Shown here one piece after another: positions 43,018-52,235 of a stretch of DNA of 64,000 nucleotides. The DNA is from a virus. Within the stretch, counting starts at the first letter, position 1, and each line of letters starts with the position of its first letter. The translations under genes were made by a program, and so were the position numbers. The notes under the pieces were generated by a model. The model searched no databases, had not been told where the DNA came from, and saw only the letters and a program-made list of their open reading frames with translations. The stretch covers positions 64,001-128,000 of IMG/VR virus record IMGVR_UViG_3300049434_000014; one strand, 5' to 3'.

Positions 43018-43317
43018 GAGACAAGCCAAGCCGCATCCAGACGCGCCACCGCGCTTCGACTATTCGTGTCAGATCTATCCATCTCCTTCGACCAGCCGTG
43101 TCGCGATCATGTCGCTTCCTAGTCCTTTCGACCTGTCGCTACGTTGCGCTTCTTGGCATATCCACACCGACCATGCGCGCCGCGACCTTACAAATCCTCT
43201 CGCCCTGACGAGTCTCCACGCGGCTCTACAATACTCATCATTCTGACAAGTCTTCACGCGGCTCTACAATACTCATCATTCTGACTAGCCAAACCGGTAC
43301 ATACCATTTCGCACGAC
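43018..43317 (+). repeat. Pentamer-periodic GAC-delimited array F (8 units), directly downstream of the Cas7-like gene
   Basis: gac aagcc aagcc gcatc cagac gcgcc accgc gcttc|gac tattc gtgtc agatc tatcc atctc cttc|gac ... includes a duplicated 38-nt unit. Confidence 0.92.
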
Positions 43318-43326
43318 TGAGGACTA

Positions 43327-44448
43327 ATGTCTACTGAGCCTTGGACTTTACGATACCGACCACGCAAGTTTTCTGATGTTACTGGTCAGAAGGCGGTTCG
43401 GTTGGTGCTGCAGCGAATGGTCGTCACGGGTGACGTCCGCTCAGCTTTGCTGTTTCATGGTTCACACGGTTCAGGTAAGACTTCCATGGCACGGATACTT
43501 GCTGCCGCTTTGAATTGCGAAGCTGAGGATCCCGCTGCTCGCCCGTGCGGTGTGTGTGCGATTTGCGATTCGACAGCGCATGGCCGGTCTGCTGATGTCA
43601 CGGAAATCGATGCTGCATCGTCCGGGCTCGCTGCGGATATGCGCGCGTTGCGCGAGACGGTGCGTTTCGCTGCTCAGGCTCGCTATCGTGTGGTGATCCT
43701 CGATGAGTGTCACGCTATGTCGCCTACGGGCTTTCAGACTTTGTTGAAGACTTTAGAGGAGCCTCCTGCCAACACGGTGATCATTCTCGTGACTACTGTC
43801 CTCGACAAGGTTCCGGACACGATCGTGTCTCGGTGTTTGTCGTTGGAGTTTCGTCGGTTGACGGAAGAGCAGATCGCTGGTCGACTGGCTCAGATCTCTG
43901 AGGCTGAGGGCCTTGAGCTGGCCCCTGCGCTTGCCAGGTCGGTTGCTGCCCGCTCGAGGGGGATCGCCCGTGACGCTGTCTCTCTGCTTGAGCAATGTGC
44001 TCTTGTGCGTGTACGGACTCCTGAGCAGCTGGCGGTTTTACTAGGCGACGATGACCATGGGATCGCGATCCTGCGTGCGCTGGTCGGTCCTCCTGGTCAT
44101 ATGTCGCCAGGAGCCAATCACCCCTCAGATTTTTCTGTGGCATTCGGGTGTATTGAGAGCGCTCTGGCCACCTTGCCCTCACCGGGTGAGGTGGTGGCCG
44201 CGCTCGTGCGGACGCTGAAGCGGTTGCTGATTTTGACCTCTGGCGGGGATGGATCTTTCATGCATCCTCCTAGTACTGCGGGCGAAGTGGCTCTAGCTGG
44301 GCTTTTGGACTCAGCACGGTGTGTTACCGCGATGAGAGTAGTTTGGGAGTATTATTCTAAAGTCGCACCGGTTGCTGATGCTTATGCAGCTATGGATCTT
44401 TTGGTAACGCTTTTGAGTCAGGCTCTTAAGTCGTCTTCTCGTACGTAG
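43327..44448 (+). CDS. dnaX: DNA polymerase III gamma/tau-like clamp-loader ATPase
   Basis: RYRPRKFSDVTGQ, GSHGSGKTS, PCGVCAIC, EIDAAS, ILDECH, LLKTLEEPP, SRC. Confidence 0.93.
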   Translation: MSTEPWTLRYRPRKFSDVTGQKAVRLVLQRMVVTGDVRSALLFHGSHGSGKTSMARILAAALNCEAEDPAARPCGVCAICDSTAHGRSADVTEIDAASSGLAADMRALRETVRFAAQARYRVVILDECHAMSPTGFQTLLKTLEEPPANTVIILVTTVLDKVPDTIVSRCLSLEFRRLTEEQIAGRLAQISEAEGLELAPALARSVAARSRGIARDAVSLLEQCALVRVRTPEQLAVLLGDDDHGIAILRALVGPPGHMSPGANHPSDFSVAFGCIESALATLPSPGEVVAALVRTLKRLLILTSGGDGSFMHPPSTAGEVALAGLLDSARCVTAMRVVWEYYSKVAPVADAYAAMDLLVTLLSQALKSSSRT

Positions 44449-44449
44449 T

Positions 44450-44526
44450 CGACTAATCCCTATCACTTCGCTACTACTCTGATCGTCTCCGACGTTTCTT
44501 TGGCGTGTCGAACATTGCTGTGTGAC
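44450..44526 (+). repeat. Mini pentamer-periodic array G (about 2 units)
   Basis: cgac taatc cctatc acttc gctac tactc tgatc gtctc cgac gtttc tttggc gtgtc. Confidence 0.7.
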
Positions 44527-45025
44527 GCAGCTTTATCCGGTACCTGATCAGGACAATCTGCCTGTCTTGCAGGACCCTGACGCGACCGCGTTTGATGAGC
44601 TTCCTGAGACGATGTGGAATCTTCCCGCTGCTATTGCGGATGATTCCATGCGGGATTTGCACGCGCAGCTCATTCGTGGGTTGCGTCGTGATGCTGCGCA
44701 TTTGCCTACGGGCACGCTGCAGAGCATGCAGCTGGAGCGCATTGCGTATTACTACATCTTGATTCGCTACCGTGATCACACAAACACGTGGTCTTCTCCA
44801 CGTGACCGGTTGGCGACTTATAAGTTATGGCGTGATCTATCGTCTGACTTTAATTCTGTGGCGTACGGAAATAAGATCTCTCCTGAGGATCTCCATGCCA
44901 TTGTTGCTTCTCATACTGCCAAGCTTGTGGCGGGCGTTTTGCGCTCTATGCCGCACAATGAGGCACGACCTCTCTACGCGAAGTTCGCCGCAGCCCTGGA
45001 CTCCTCCCCAGCCGCCAGCGAGTGA
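44522..45025 (+). CDS. Hypothetical helical protein (possible terminase small subunit)
   Basis: 167-aa helical ORF upstream of the late region; function inferred from position only. Confidence 0.4.
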   Translation: MTQLYPVPDQDNLPVLQDPDATAFDELPETMWNLPAAIADDSMRDLHAQLIRGLRRDAAHLPTGTLQSMQLERIAYYYILIRYRDHTNTWSSPRDRLATYKLWRDLSSDFNSVAYGNKISPEDLHAIVASHTAKLVAGVLRSMPHNEARPLYAKFAAALDSSPAASE

Positions 45026-45086
45026 TCCCGAATATTCAGGTGTCCTGAGCATTCTTTTTGAGCCACCGACCCCGCGAGGTATTGAC

Positions 45087-45638
45087 ATGACCCGAGGGGG
45101 AGATATCGTTCGCGATACGACAGAAGATCGACGCATTGCTTTGGCACATGCTGTCGCTCTGCACACTCCCAGATTTAAGGGGAGTGAAAGTAATAACAAG
45201 GCTGTTCGTCTGACAGCCTCGGAGTTGTTTAACTTTTTGTCTGGGCCGGTTGCTATGCGGCTCACTATCGGACCGGTGCTTGATCAGATCACCGGCCTTC
45301 CAACAGGAACAACAGTAGGAGGACCAGTGACTCAGCTTCGCGATACCGAGCAGTTCAGCTTGAGCGTTGATGTTTCCGATGCAAAGGGCGCTGCGATTGG
45401 CGACCAGCCAGGCATTGAAGATGACATCAGCTGGACCGTAGACAATGGTGACGTAGCGACTCTGCAGGTTAGTGCGGATTCTCGCGAGTGCACCGTCGTC
45501 GCGGGCACGGTGGGCTCTGCCGTTGTGACTGTGGCTTTGGGTGAGTTGTTTGCCACCTTGGCCGTCGATGTCATTCCGGGTTCGGCTTCGGTCCTGACGA
45601 TCAATGAGGGTCCGATCGAGCCGCAGCCGTCTGTGTGA
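45087..45638 (+). CDS. Protein with C-terminal Ig-like domain
   Basis: SLSVDVSDAKG...ISWTVDNGDVATL...GSAVVTV; a second RBS (AGGAGG) precedes internal GTG 45328. Confidence 0.6.
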   Translation: MTRGGDIVRDTTEDRRIALAHAVALHTPRFKGSESNNKAVRLTASELFNFLSGPVAMRLTIGPVLDQITGLPTGTTVGGPVTQLRDTEQFSLSVDVSDAKGAAIGDQPGIEDDISWTVDNGDVATLQVSADSRECTVVAGTVGSAVVTVALGELFATLAVDVIPGSASVLTINEGPIEPQPSV

Positions 45639-45994
45639 TCGTGTTATCCAGGTAGCGAGAGGAGGGGTGTGGACGGTGCGTTATCGCCGAGATGTACCAC
45701 GTGACGATACTGATATTAATTCAGTGGTCGAGCATGTTCGGATGCACTTGGCTGGTGCCGTCTCCCACAACGACGACCCTTCTGATCGCCTTGCTGACGT
45801 CACCGTCGAGGTTCTCGACCACCTCGACGGTGACGTTGGTCAGCTCTCTGTGATTGGTGAGATTGACGGGGAGCCGGACGCGCCTTACTTGTATCCGGAT
45901 TTTGATCCTTCTGCAGACCATCCTGAGATTGTGTTCGTTCCGTTCGAGCAGCCTGATCTGGGCCGGTTTGCCGACCATAGTGAGGGAGGCCGTC

Positions 45995-46933
45995 ATGAGC
46001 GTTGGCTTCGCTAATGCTGTAGCGGACGGACTTCGACATAATGGTGTTGTTGTGTCGTTTGAGCCTGGCTGGGAGACTCGAGGCAACGGGTACACGTTTC
46101 CTAATGGCCGTCCGCAGGGATTGATAACTCACCACACAGGTTCAGATTACGGCACTGGACTTTCTATTCTTGTTAATGGCCGTTCTGACTTGGATCCACC
46201 ACTGTGCAATTGCTGCACCTATCCTGATGGTCGGATTCACATCATTGCGGCTCAACCAGCTAATCATGCTGGCGCGGCTGCGGGTAAGTCTCTCGGCCCG
46301 TTCACTCCCGGTGGATTGTTCAATCCTCGGGTGTGGGGCAACGAGGTTATGTACCCAGGTACTTTGCCGTGGACGAAACAGCAGTATCGTTCGGCTCGTG
46401 TACTCGGTGCTGTTATTTGTGGAATTCTCGGATACAAAGATGCTGAGCATGTTCGTGGGCATTATGAGACCTCCGGCGAGGGTAAGTGGGATCCGGGCAT
46501 TGGTCAGGGTTCCGGTCTGAGTTTTCCCATGGCTGTGTTCCGATCTGAGACGTGGTCGGCTGTTGCTCATGAAATATCAGAAGTAGGCTACGAGGAGGAT
46601 GAGATGATTCCTTTCGAGATCTCCGGTAAGGGACGAAAGGTAATCATTTGTCCTACCGGATCAATGGCTGCTAATAACCGCAGGGCTTGGTTGTCGGCCG
46701 CGTGTGCTGCGGTAAACGGGCCAGCTTGGATTCAGGTTTATGCACAGGGGGCTACTGATGGTATTAATCCATGGCGGTGGACAGAGAAGGAATTGACGCC
46801 TTCTCCACAGAATCTTGTGAAGCGAGTAGTTGAACCGTTAAAGGACAAGACGACTCACTTGGTTGTGTCGTGGGATCTCACTAACTGCCCTGAGGGTGGT
46901 TCTCTGTTGCTGGAGACATTGCCAGGTGTCTGA
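45995..46933 (+). CDS. Endolysin, N-acetylmuramoyl-L-alanine amidase
   Basis: GWETRG, HHT, GRSDL.PPLC, ANHAG, GNE, GHYE..GKWDP. Confidence 0.9.
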   Translation: MSVGFANAVADGLRHNGVVVSFEPGWETRGNGYTFPNGRPQGLITHHTGSDYGTGLSILVNGRSDLDPPLCNCCTYPDGRIHIIAAQPANHAGAAAGKSLGPFTPGGLFNPRVWGNEVMYPGTLPWTKQQYRSARVLGAVICGILGYKDAEHVRGHYETSGEGKWDPGIGQGSGLSFPMAVFRSETWSAVAHEISEVGYEEDEMIPFEISGKGRKVIICPTGSMAANNRRAWLSAACAAVNGPAWIQVYAQGATDGINPWRWTEKELTPSPQNLVKRVVEPLKDKTTHLVVSWDLTNCPEGGSLLLETLPGV

Positions 46934-48017
46934 GGTCGAATCCTTTGAGTAGGTCCCCTTTGCGAGGAGTGATATACAAGATGGCTGAGTCAACCCGTAG
47001 GGCTGGTACCCCTACCAATACTTCTTCTGTTCGTGCGCACGATGATTCATCCGAAGAGCGTACTTCGCTGCGCAAGGATGAGGACAAGCCAAAGCCTCTT
47101 GCGGAGCGGACGTTTGAGGATCACTTTGGCGAGACTGCTGAATTGCAGGATCATCGTGTCTTTGACAAGACTGTGTTGGTCGAGCGCGAAGGCGTTACCG
47201 TGATGACGGATAGTCCTCGTGAGGGGGATCTGCCGCTCGGGATCGCTCAGGAGATTAAGGCGCAGGAGCAGGTCGAGGATCAGAAGAAGGAGACTCGCCG
47301 CTCTAATGGCTGATCTCGCTGCGGCGCTGGAGAAGTTGACTGCGGTCGCTTCTCCAGCTATGTCATACAATACCGACCTGATTCGTCAGGCTTGGAATAC
47401 TGTGACGCGCAAGCGTAGAAACGATGCTATTGCTAGCTCATCTTCACCGGAGCCGATTCCGTATTCTTATGTGGACCAGTTGTGGTCAGATCACATCATT
47501 GTGCGCTTGGATGACGATAGCAGTATCAGTGGCTATCTGCGTGTGCCTTTCACGGTGAATGCACCGGGCGTTGGTATCGAAGATGTGGTGTTCGGGACAC
47601 CAGAGAAGGTACGTGAGGTGTTTGTCGCTGCTTCGGCGCGTAGTCGTGAGCAGTCGTTGAATCGAGTTTTACTGGCTGCTAGCGATTAGAGGGATCCACC
47701 CATGGCATGGTCACGACAGGGGACTGGGCGCCCTACTGCAGCTAGTAGCTCATCTGCAGACAACCTCGCTGGACTTAAGTTAAAGAATGATCCCACTCTG
47801 CCTTCCACCCATCAGGCCGTTCAGACTCCTGATGGTAAGCGGGTGGGTGTGGTGAAGAAGGTTGGCGGCAAGTTTACCGGTAGCCACGATAATCATACGG
47901 CTAAGTTCGATTCTCCGCACGCTGCCGTCCGGGCGATGGCTGCAGCAAAGAAGACGGCATCTAAGAAAGGCAGTGCTGTTCCTGCCAAGTAGCATTCTGT
48001 AGTGGGTAGAACGTTTT

Positions 48018-48686
48018 ATGTTACTTACTGTGCATGGTACTTTGGCGTGTTTTCGACCGCGTTGTGAGCCTGTTCCTGTGCGTCTCGCGGGCCTGCCCTG
48101 GGGTTCTGTCTTAGATCTCCCGGCAGCGGCTCTGCAGCCCGTACAGGCTGCAGCAGCCTTGTTTGCTGAGGAGTGGCCTGTTGCAGCTGGCTGCATGGAA
48201 GCGATAGAGATCGTAGATAGTTTGACTGCTGAAGGTGCTGCTTCATCTGATGTGGCGTGTTCGATCACTGATTCGAGACTTGGCCGTGTAAGTTCTCGTG
48301 TTCAGATGTTGCTTTCGTTGTTCCTGGATCCCAATGCAGACCAACGGTTGCATGACTGGAATGCCAGCGGAGACATAGTCTCGTCTGGTAGAGATGGCAT
48401 CGTGTGGCATGAGTTCGGACACAGCTTGCTAAATCTGCTAGTCCTGCGAGTCAATCCCTCGGCTCGCTCTGCGGAGTCAGCAGCTAAATTGATCGTGACT
48501 CGAGCTTTGTCTGCGATAACGACTGTTGACATCGCGCTTGCATCAACGAAGTTGTCTCGACAGGCTGGACGTTCTTGTGAGGAGTTTATTGCTGAGGCGA
48601 TGGCTGACTTTGGCGTTCATGGACACAGGGCACACTATATTTCAGTAGCAGTTGCGTCGGTGCTAGCTGAGTTGTGGAAGGAATAA
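48018..48686 (+). CDS. Zincin-like metallopeptidase domain protein
   Basis: HEFGH plus downstream EFIAEA. Confidence 0.6.
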   Translation: MLLTVHGTLACFRPRCEPVPVRLAGLPWGSVLDLPAAALQPVQAAAALFAEEWPVAAGCMEAIEIVDSLTAEGAASSDVACSITDSRLGRVSSRVQMLLSLFLDPNADQRLHDWNASGDIVSSGRDGIVWHEFGHSLLNLLVLRVNPSARSAESAAKLIVTRALSAITTVDIALASTKLSRQAGRSCEEFIAEAMADFGVHGHRAHYISVAVASVLAELWKE

Positions 48687-48692
48687 TAACAC

Positions 48693-50543
48693 GTGGTTCG
48701 ACCTCCAGAGGTTGGCTTTAGTGCTAGTGATTGGTTGCTTGCACAAGCCGAGGCTGTGGAGGAGGCTGCTCCGGATGCTAATTCGTTATTGACAGATGTG
48801 TTTGCTGAAGAGCCAGTTCCCCTGGATGTGTTCATCCAGGACAAGAAGTTTATCGGAATGTCAGCTCTGTCGGGTCCGCAGTACTCTGCGCTTCGCGCTA
48901 CCGAGCGTATTTATTATTCGGGGATCTACGCTTCGATGGCTGCGGAGTTCGATGCGTACTGGGCTCCCATCCCGATGGTGAACTTCTTGACTTTGTTGGT
49001 CGGTAAGGGTGGAGGCAAGGACCTACTTGCTCGGCTGGCCAGTCTGCGAATTGCCTACTTGCTTCTCTGTTTGAAGGATCCGAAGTCGTATTTCGGATTC
49101 CCGTCTGATGAGTCGATTCACATGCTTAATGTGGCGTCGACCAAAGACCAAGCTCGTCTTGCGTTCTTCGAGCCTATGACACGAATTGTCGCACGAGGTT
49201 GGTTTAAGCATCGTTGCAATCCGCTACGCGCGGTCATTGAGTGGGAGAAGGGCATTACCTCGATCTCTGGATCGTCGGATGCTGAGACGCAGGAAGGTTT
49301 GAATCTCTTACTCGGTGTGGCTGACGAGGTGGATGCTTTCCGTACGGCTGAGGAAGTGTTGAGACATTCAGGTCCGTCTCAGCGGGCGCCTATGCGTTCG
49401 GCTGAGGGCATCATTAAGATGATGCGAACGTCGTCTCTTACGCGATTCCCACAGACATTTAAGAACTTACGGATCTCTTACCCTCGTTATTATGGATCTC
49501 CTATTCTGCAACTTCACGCTGCAGCTATGGAGAACATTGCGAAAAAGGGCGAAAACTCACGACATTTTGTGGTCGGTCCGATGCCGTCGTGGGAGTTTAA
49601 TCCGCTACTAGCCCGGTCGGATTTCATTACAATCCCGCAGTCTCCCATCCCGGTTCCTATCGAGTTGGTAGAAGACTTCGAGAATGATCCTGACTGGTCA
49701 CGGGCCGCGTATCTGTGCAGACCCGCACGTACAAGGCTTCCTCCATACTTTCGTAATGAGACAGTGATCGATGCTGCTCTCATTGAGATGCCTGATGTCA
49801 CGGTTAACTGGGAGCTGATGCGCGGCGCTTGGCATGCGACGTTTGCGATCCCTCGTGAGTTGCAGCCTGTTGAGGGTGCGGTCTATGCCTGCCATGCAGA
49901 CCTCGCGTTAACGGGCGACCGCTGCGGGTTCGCTATGTCTCATGTTGTGTCGTGGGATCATTATGAGCAGCGTGATGCTGATACGGGAGATAAGATTCGT
50001 TACGAGGATCTCCCTGTGGTGCGGGTTGATATTGCTTTGACGCTCGAGGCCGACTTGCGCGCGGATCCTCCTCGAGAGATTCAGTTGCGAGCGGTGCGTC
50101 AGCTCATCTTCGAGTTGCGCAATCGTGGGTTCGGTATCGCTTGGGCGTCGTTGGATGGTTGGCAGTCACAAGATACGAAGCAAGCATTGATTGTAGCTGG
50201 CATAGAATCATCCATCGTTAGTATGGATAAGACTGAGGAGCCTTATCGACTGTTACGTTCTATGGTTGAAGAGGCACGGGTAACTATGCCGTCTTCTTTG
50301 CTTCTACGTGCTGAGATTCGTGGGCTGCAGCAAGATCCTCGCACTCGCAAGATCGACCATCAACCGGGCGATGGGAGTAAGGATCTGTCGGATGCGGTGT
50401 GTGGGTCTGTGTGGGGAGCGGTGGCTTCTGGAGGACAAGAGGTGACGACGGACGAAGTCTCTAGCGACGACTTCTGGACGTCGTCGCCGATCGCTGCCCC
50501 GGTCGGTGCTGAGGCTGCATGGTGTTCGCTTTTTGCGCACTGA
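48693..50543 (+). CDS. Terminase large subunit
   Basis: Walker A GKGGGKD, Walker B VADEVD, ISYPR, nuclease HADLA, DGWQS, KIDH...KDLSDAVCG. Confidence 0.92.
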   Translation: MVRPPEVGFSASDWLLAQAEAVEEAAPDANSLLTDVFAEEPVPLDVFIQDKKFIGMSALSGPQYSALRATERIYYSGIYASMAAEFDAYWAPIPMVNFLTLLVGKGGGKDLLARLASLRIAYLLLCLKDPKSYFGFPSDESIHMLNVASTKDQARLAFFEPMTRIVARGWFKHRCNPLRAVIEWEKGITSISGSSDAETQEGLNLLLGVADEVDAFRTAEEVLRHSGPSQRAPMRSAEGIIKMMRTSSLTRFPQTFKNLRISYPRYYGSPILQLHAAAMENIAKKGENSRHFVVGPMPSWEFNPLLARSDFITIPQSPIPVPIELVEDFENDPDWSRAAYLCRPARTRLPPYFRNETVIDAALIEMPDVTVNWELMRGAWHATFAIPRELQPVEGAVYACHADLALTGDRCGFAMSHVVSWDHYEQRDADTGDKIRYEDLPVVRVDIALTLEADLRADPPREIQLRAVRQLIFELRNRGFGIAWASLDGWQSQDTKQALIVAGIESSIVSMDKTEEPYRLLRSMVEEARVTMPSSLLLRAEIRGLQQDPRTRKIDHQPGDGSKDLSDAVCGSVWGAVASGGQEVTTDEVSSDDFWTSSPIAAPVGAEAAWCSLFAH

Positions 50544-50558
50544 TTTCCGACGAGAGGG

Positions 50559-52235
50559 TTGGTAGTGGCTACGGCTCAAACGTTGGAAATGGCGAAGCCT
50601 ACGAAGCGTGATCTAGACACTGAGATTGGTGTTCAGATTCGTGGGATGCCGTTCTCGGAAGCGTTCGCAGGGTCAGATCATGTTTTGATTCGTTCGTCTG
50701 AACCTACGGTTAAGCAACTTGTTGAGATGCGTCGCAATGATGGTCAGGCCCGTGGCCTGTTTCGTCTGTTGACCATGCCGGTCCGGGCTGCCGCGAAGCG
50801 GGCGACGTGGGTGCCTGCTGACGGTGGGGATAAAGAGGCGAAGTTCGCGGAGGAGTTGTTGACGACTCCGTTCGTGCTGGGCGGCATGAAGACGTCGTTT
50901 CAGCGGGTGGTTGCTCAGATGCTGCTTGCGGTGATGGATGGGTTCTCACCGTTTGAGTTGGTGTATACGATCCCGAAGAAGGGACCGTTGAAGGGCAAGA
51001 TTGCGTTGTCTAAGATTGCTTATCGTCCTTCAGAGACCATTCAGTTCCTGGTAAACGATGTGGGAGATTTCGAGGGACTGCGTCAGCGTACTACCGCACC
51101 TGGCGGTCGGTATATTGATGAGAAGATCGATGCTGATCATTCTTTGTATTACGCGTGCGGTGATGAGGAGAATCCGTTCTATGGAGTCTCGTACTTTAAT
51201 GCGGCTTTCTATCATTACGACAAGAAGATTAAGCTCTACTATCTTGCACACTTGGCCGCTCAGCACCGCGCAGTCGGCTCGCGGGTCGGCAAGTACCCCA
51301 CGTCTGCATCCCCCAATGAGATTGCTCAGTTCCGCAAGGCCCTCTCAGACTTTGGTCTCGCCCAGGCAATGTCGTTTCCTGACAAGGGATGGACGGTCGA
51401 GGAGTTAGGTCTGCGGATCGGTGACTTCCCGTTTATGGACTTTGTAAACCATCACAACTCACAGATGTCGAAGTCGGTACTTGCCCCGTTCTTAGATGAT
51501 GCTCAGGGTGGGCAGAAGTCTTTGGTGGACTTCGGCGGGCAGTCGGACTCGATGTATCATACATTGATTAATGTGTTGGTCGCTGAGTTGGAGACGTTGA
51601 TTAATGAGACTTTGGTCCCTCGCTTCATCGACTGGAATTTCGGCACTGATAAGTATCCGCAGATCAAGTTCGGTTCGTTTACTGATGAGCAGAAAAAGTC
51701 GATCAATGACACCTTCGATAAGCTGGCTACGGCTGGCACTAATGCCAATGTGACGCGTCCGTTCCTGTTGGAGCTGGAGATGCGTATGGCTGAGGAGATG
51801 GGTCTGGAGATTGACTACAAGAAGATCGAGGAGGCGCTAAAGAAGCAGGAGGAATTGACGCTTCAGCACTTTATGGACGAGGCGGCTATTCCTCCGATGG
51901 AGCGTCCGTTTCAGGCGGTTGGTGCGCAGGCTGCGGATCAGCAGCAGGGGGCTGCGCAGAATGCTCAGTGGATGCCTGGCCCGCAGCCTGGGATGATGCC
52001 TGGGGCTCCCCCACCACCTCCTGGCAAGCCTGGCGGTGGGCCTCCTGGCGCGGCTGCACGCGGTGTTCCCGGCAAGTCGGGTAAGCCTGGGGCACAGCCT
52101 GTTTATCCTGCGTTACCGTCGAAGCTGTCGGCCGCACGGGCTTCTGAGACGTGGCTTCACGATGATGCTCCGTTGGCGTTGTCGTGGGCTGAGTTCCGTG
52201 AGGTTGAAGACTCGCTTGCGGTGTTACGGACGTGA
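50559..52235 (+). CDS. Portal protein (DUF935/Mu gp29-like) with Pro-rich C-terminal extension
   Basis: Follows terminase; DGFSPFELVY, NPFYGVS, INETLVPRFIDWNFG. Confidence 0.88.
   Translation: MVVATAQTLEMAKPTKRDLDTEIGVQIRGMPFSEAFAGSDHVLIRSSEPTVKQLVEMRRNDGQARGLFRLLTMPVRAAAKRATWVPADGGDKEAKFAEELLTTPFVLGGMKTSFQRVVAQMLLAVMDGFSPFELVYTIPKKGPLKGKIALSKIAYRPSETIQFLVNDVGDFEGLRQRTTAPGGRYIDEKIDADHSLYYACGDEENPFYGVSYFNAAFYHYDKKIKLYYLAHLAAQHRAVGSRVGKYPTSASPNEIAQFRKALSDFGLAQAMSFPDKGWTVEELGLRIGDFPFMDFVNHHNSQMSKSVLAPFLDDAQGGQKSLVDFGGQSDSMYHTLINVLVAELETLINETLVPRFIDWNFGTDKYPQIKFGSFTDEQKKSINDTFDKLATAGTNANVTRPFLLELEMRMAEEMGLEIDYKKIEEALKKQEELTLQHFMDEAAIPPMERPFQAVGAQAADQQQGAAQNAQWMPGPQPGMMPGAPPPPPGKPGGGPPGAAARGVPGKSGKPGAQPVYPALPSKLSAARASETWLHDDAPLALSWAEFREVEDSLAVLRT

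Noticed and set aside
43018-43317. Canonical CRISPR array / type IV CRISPR-Cas call
   Set aside because: No 23-47-nt direct repeat (only a 3-4-nt delimiter) and no cas5, cas6, cas8, csf1 or dinG in the window
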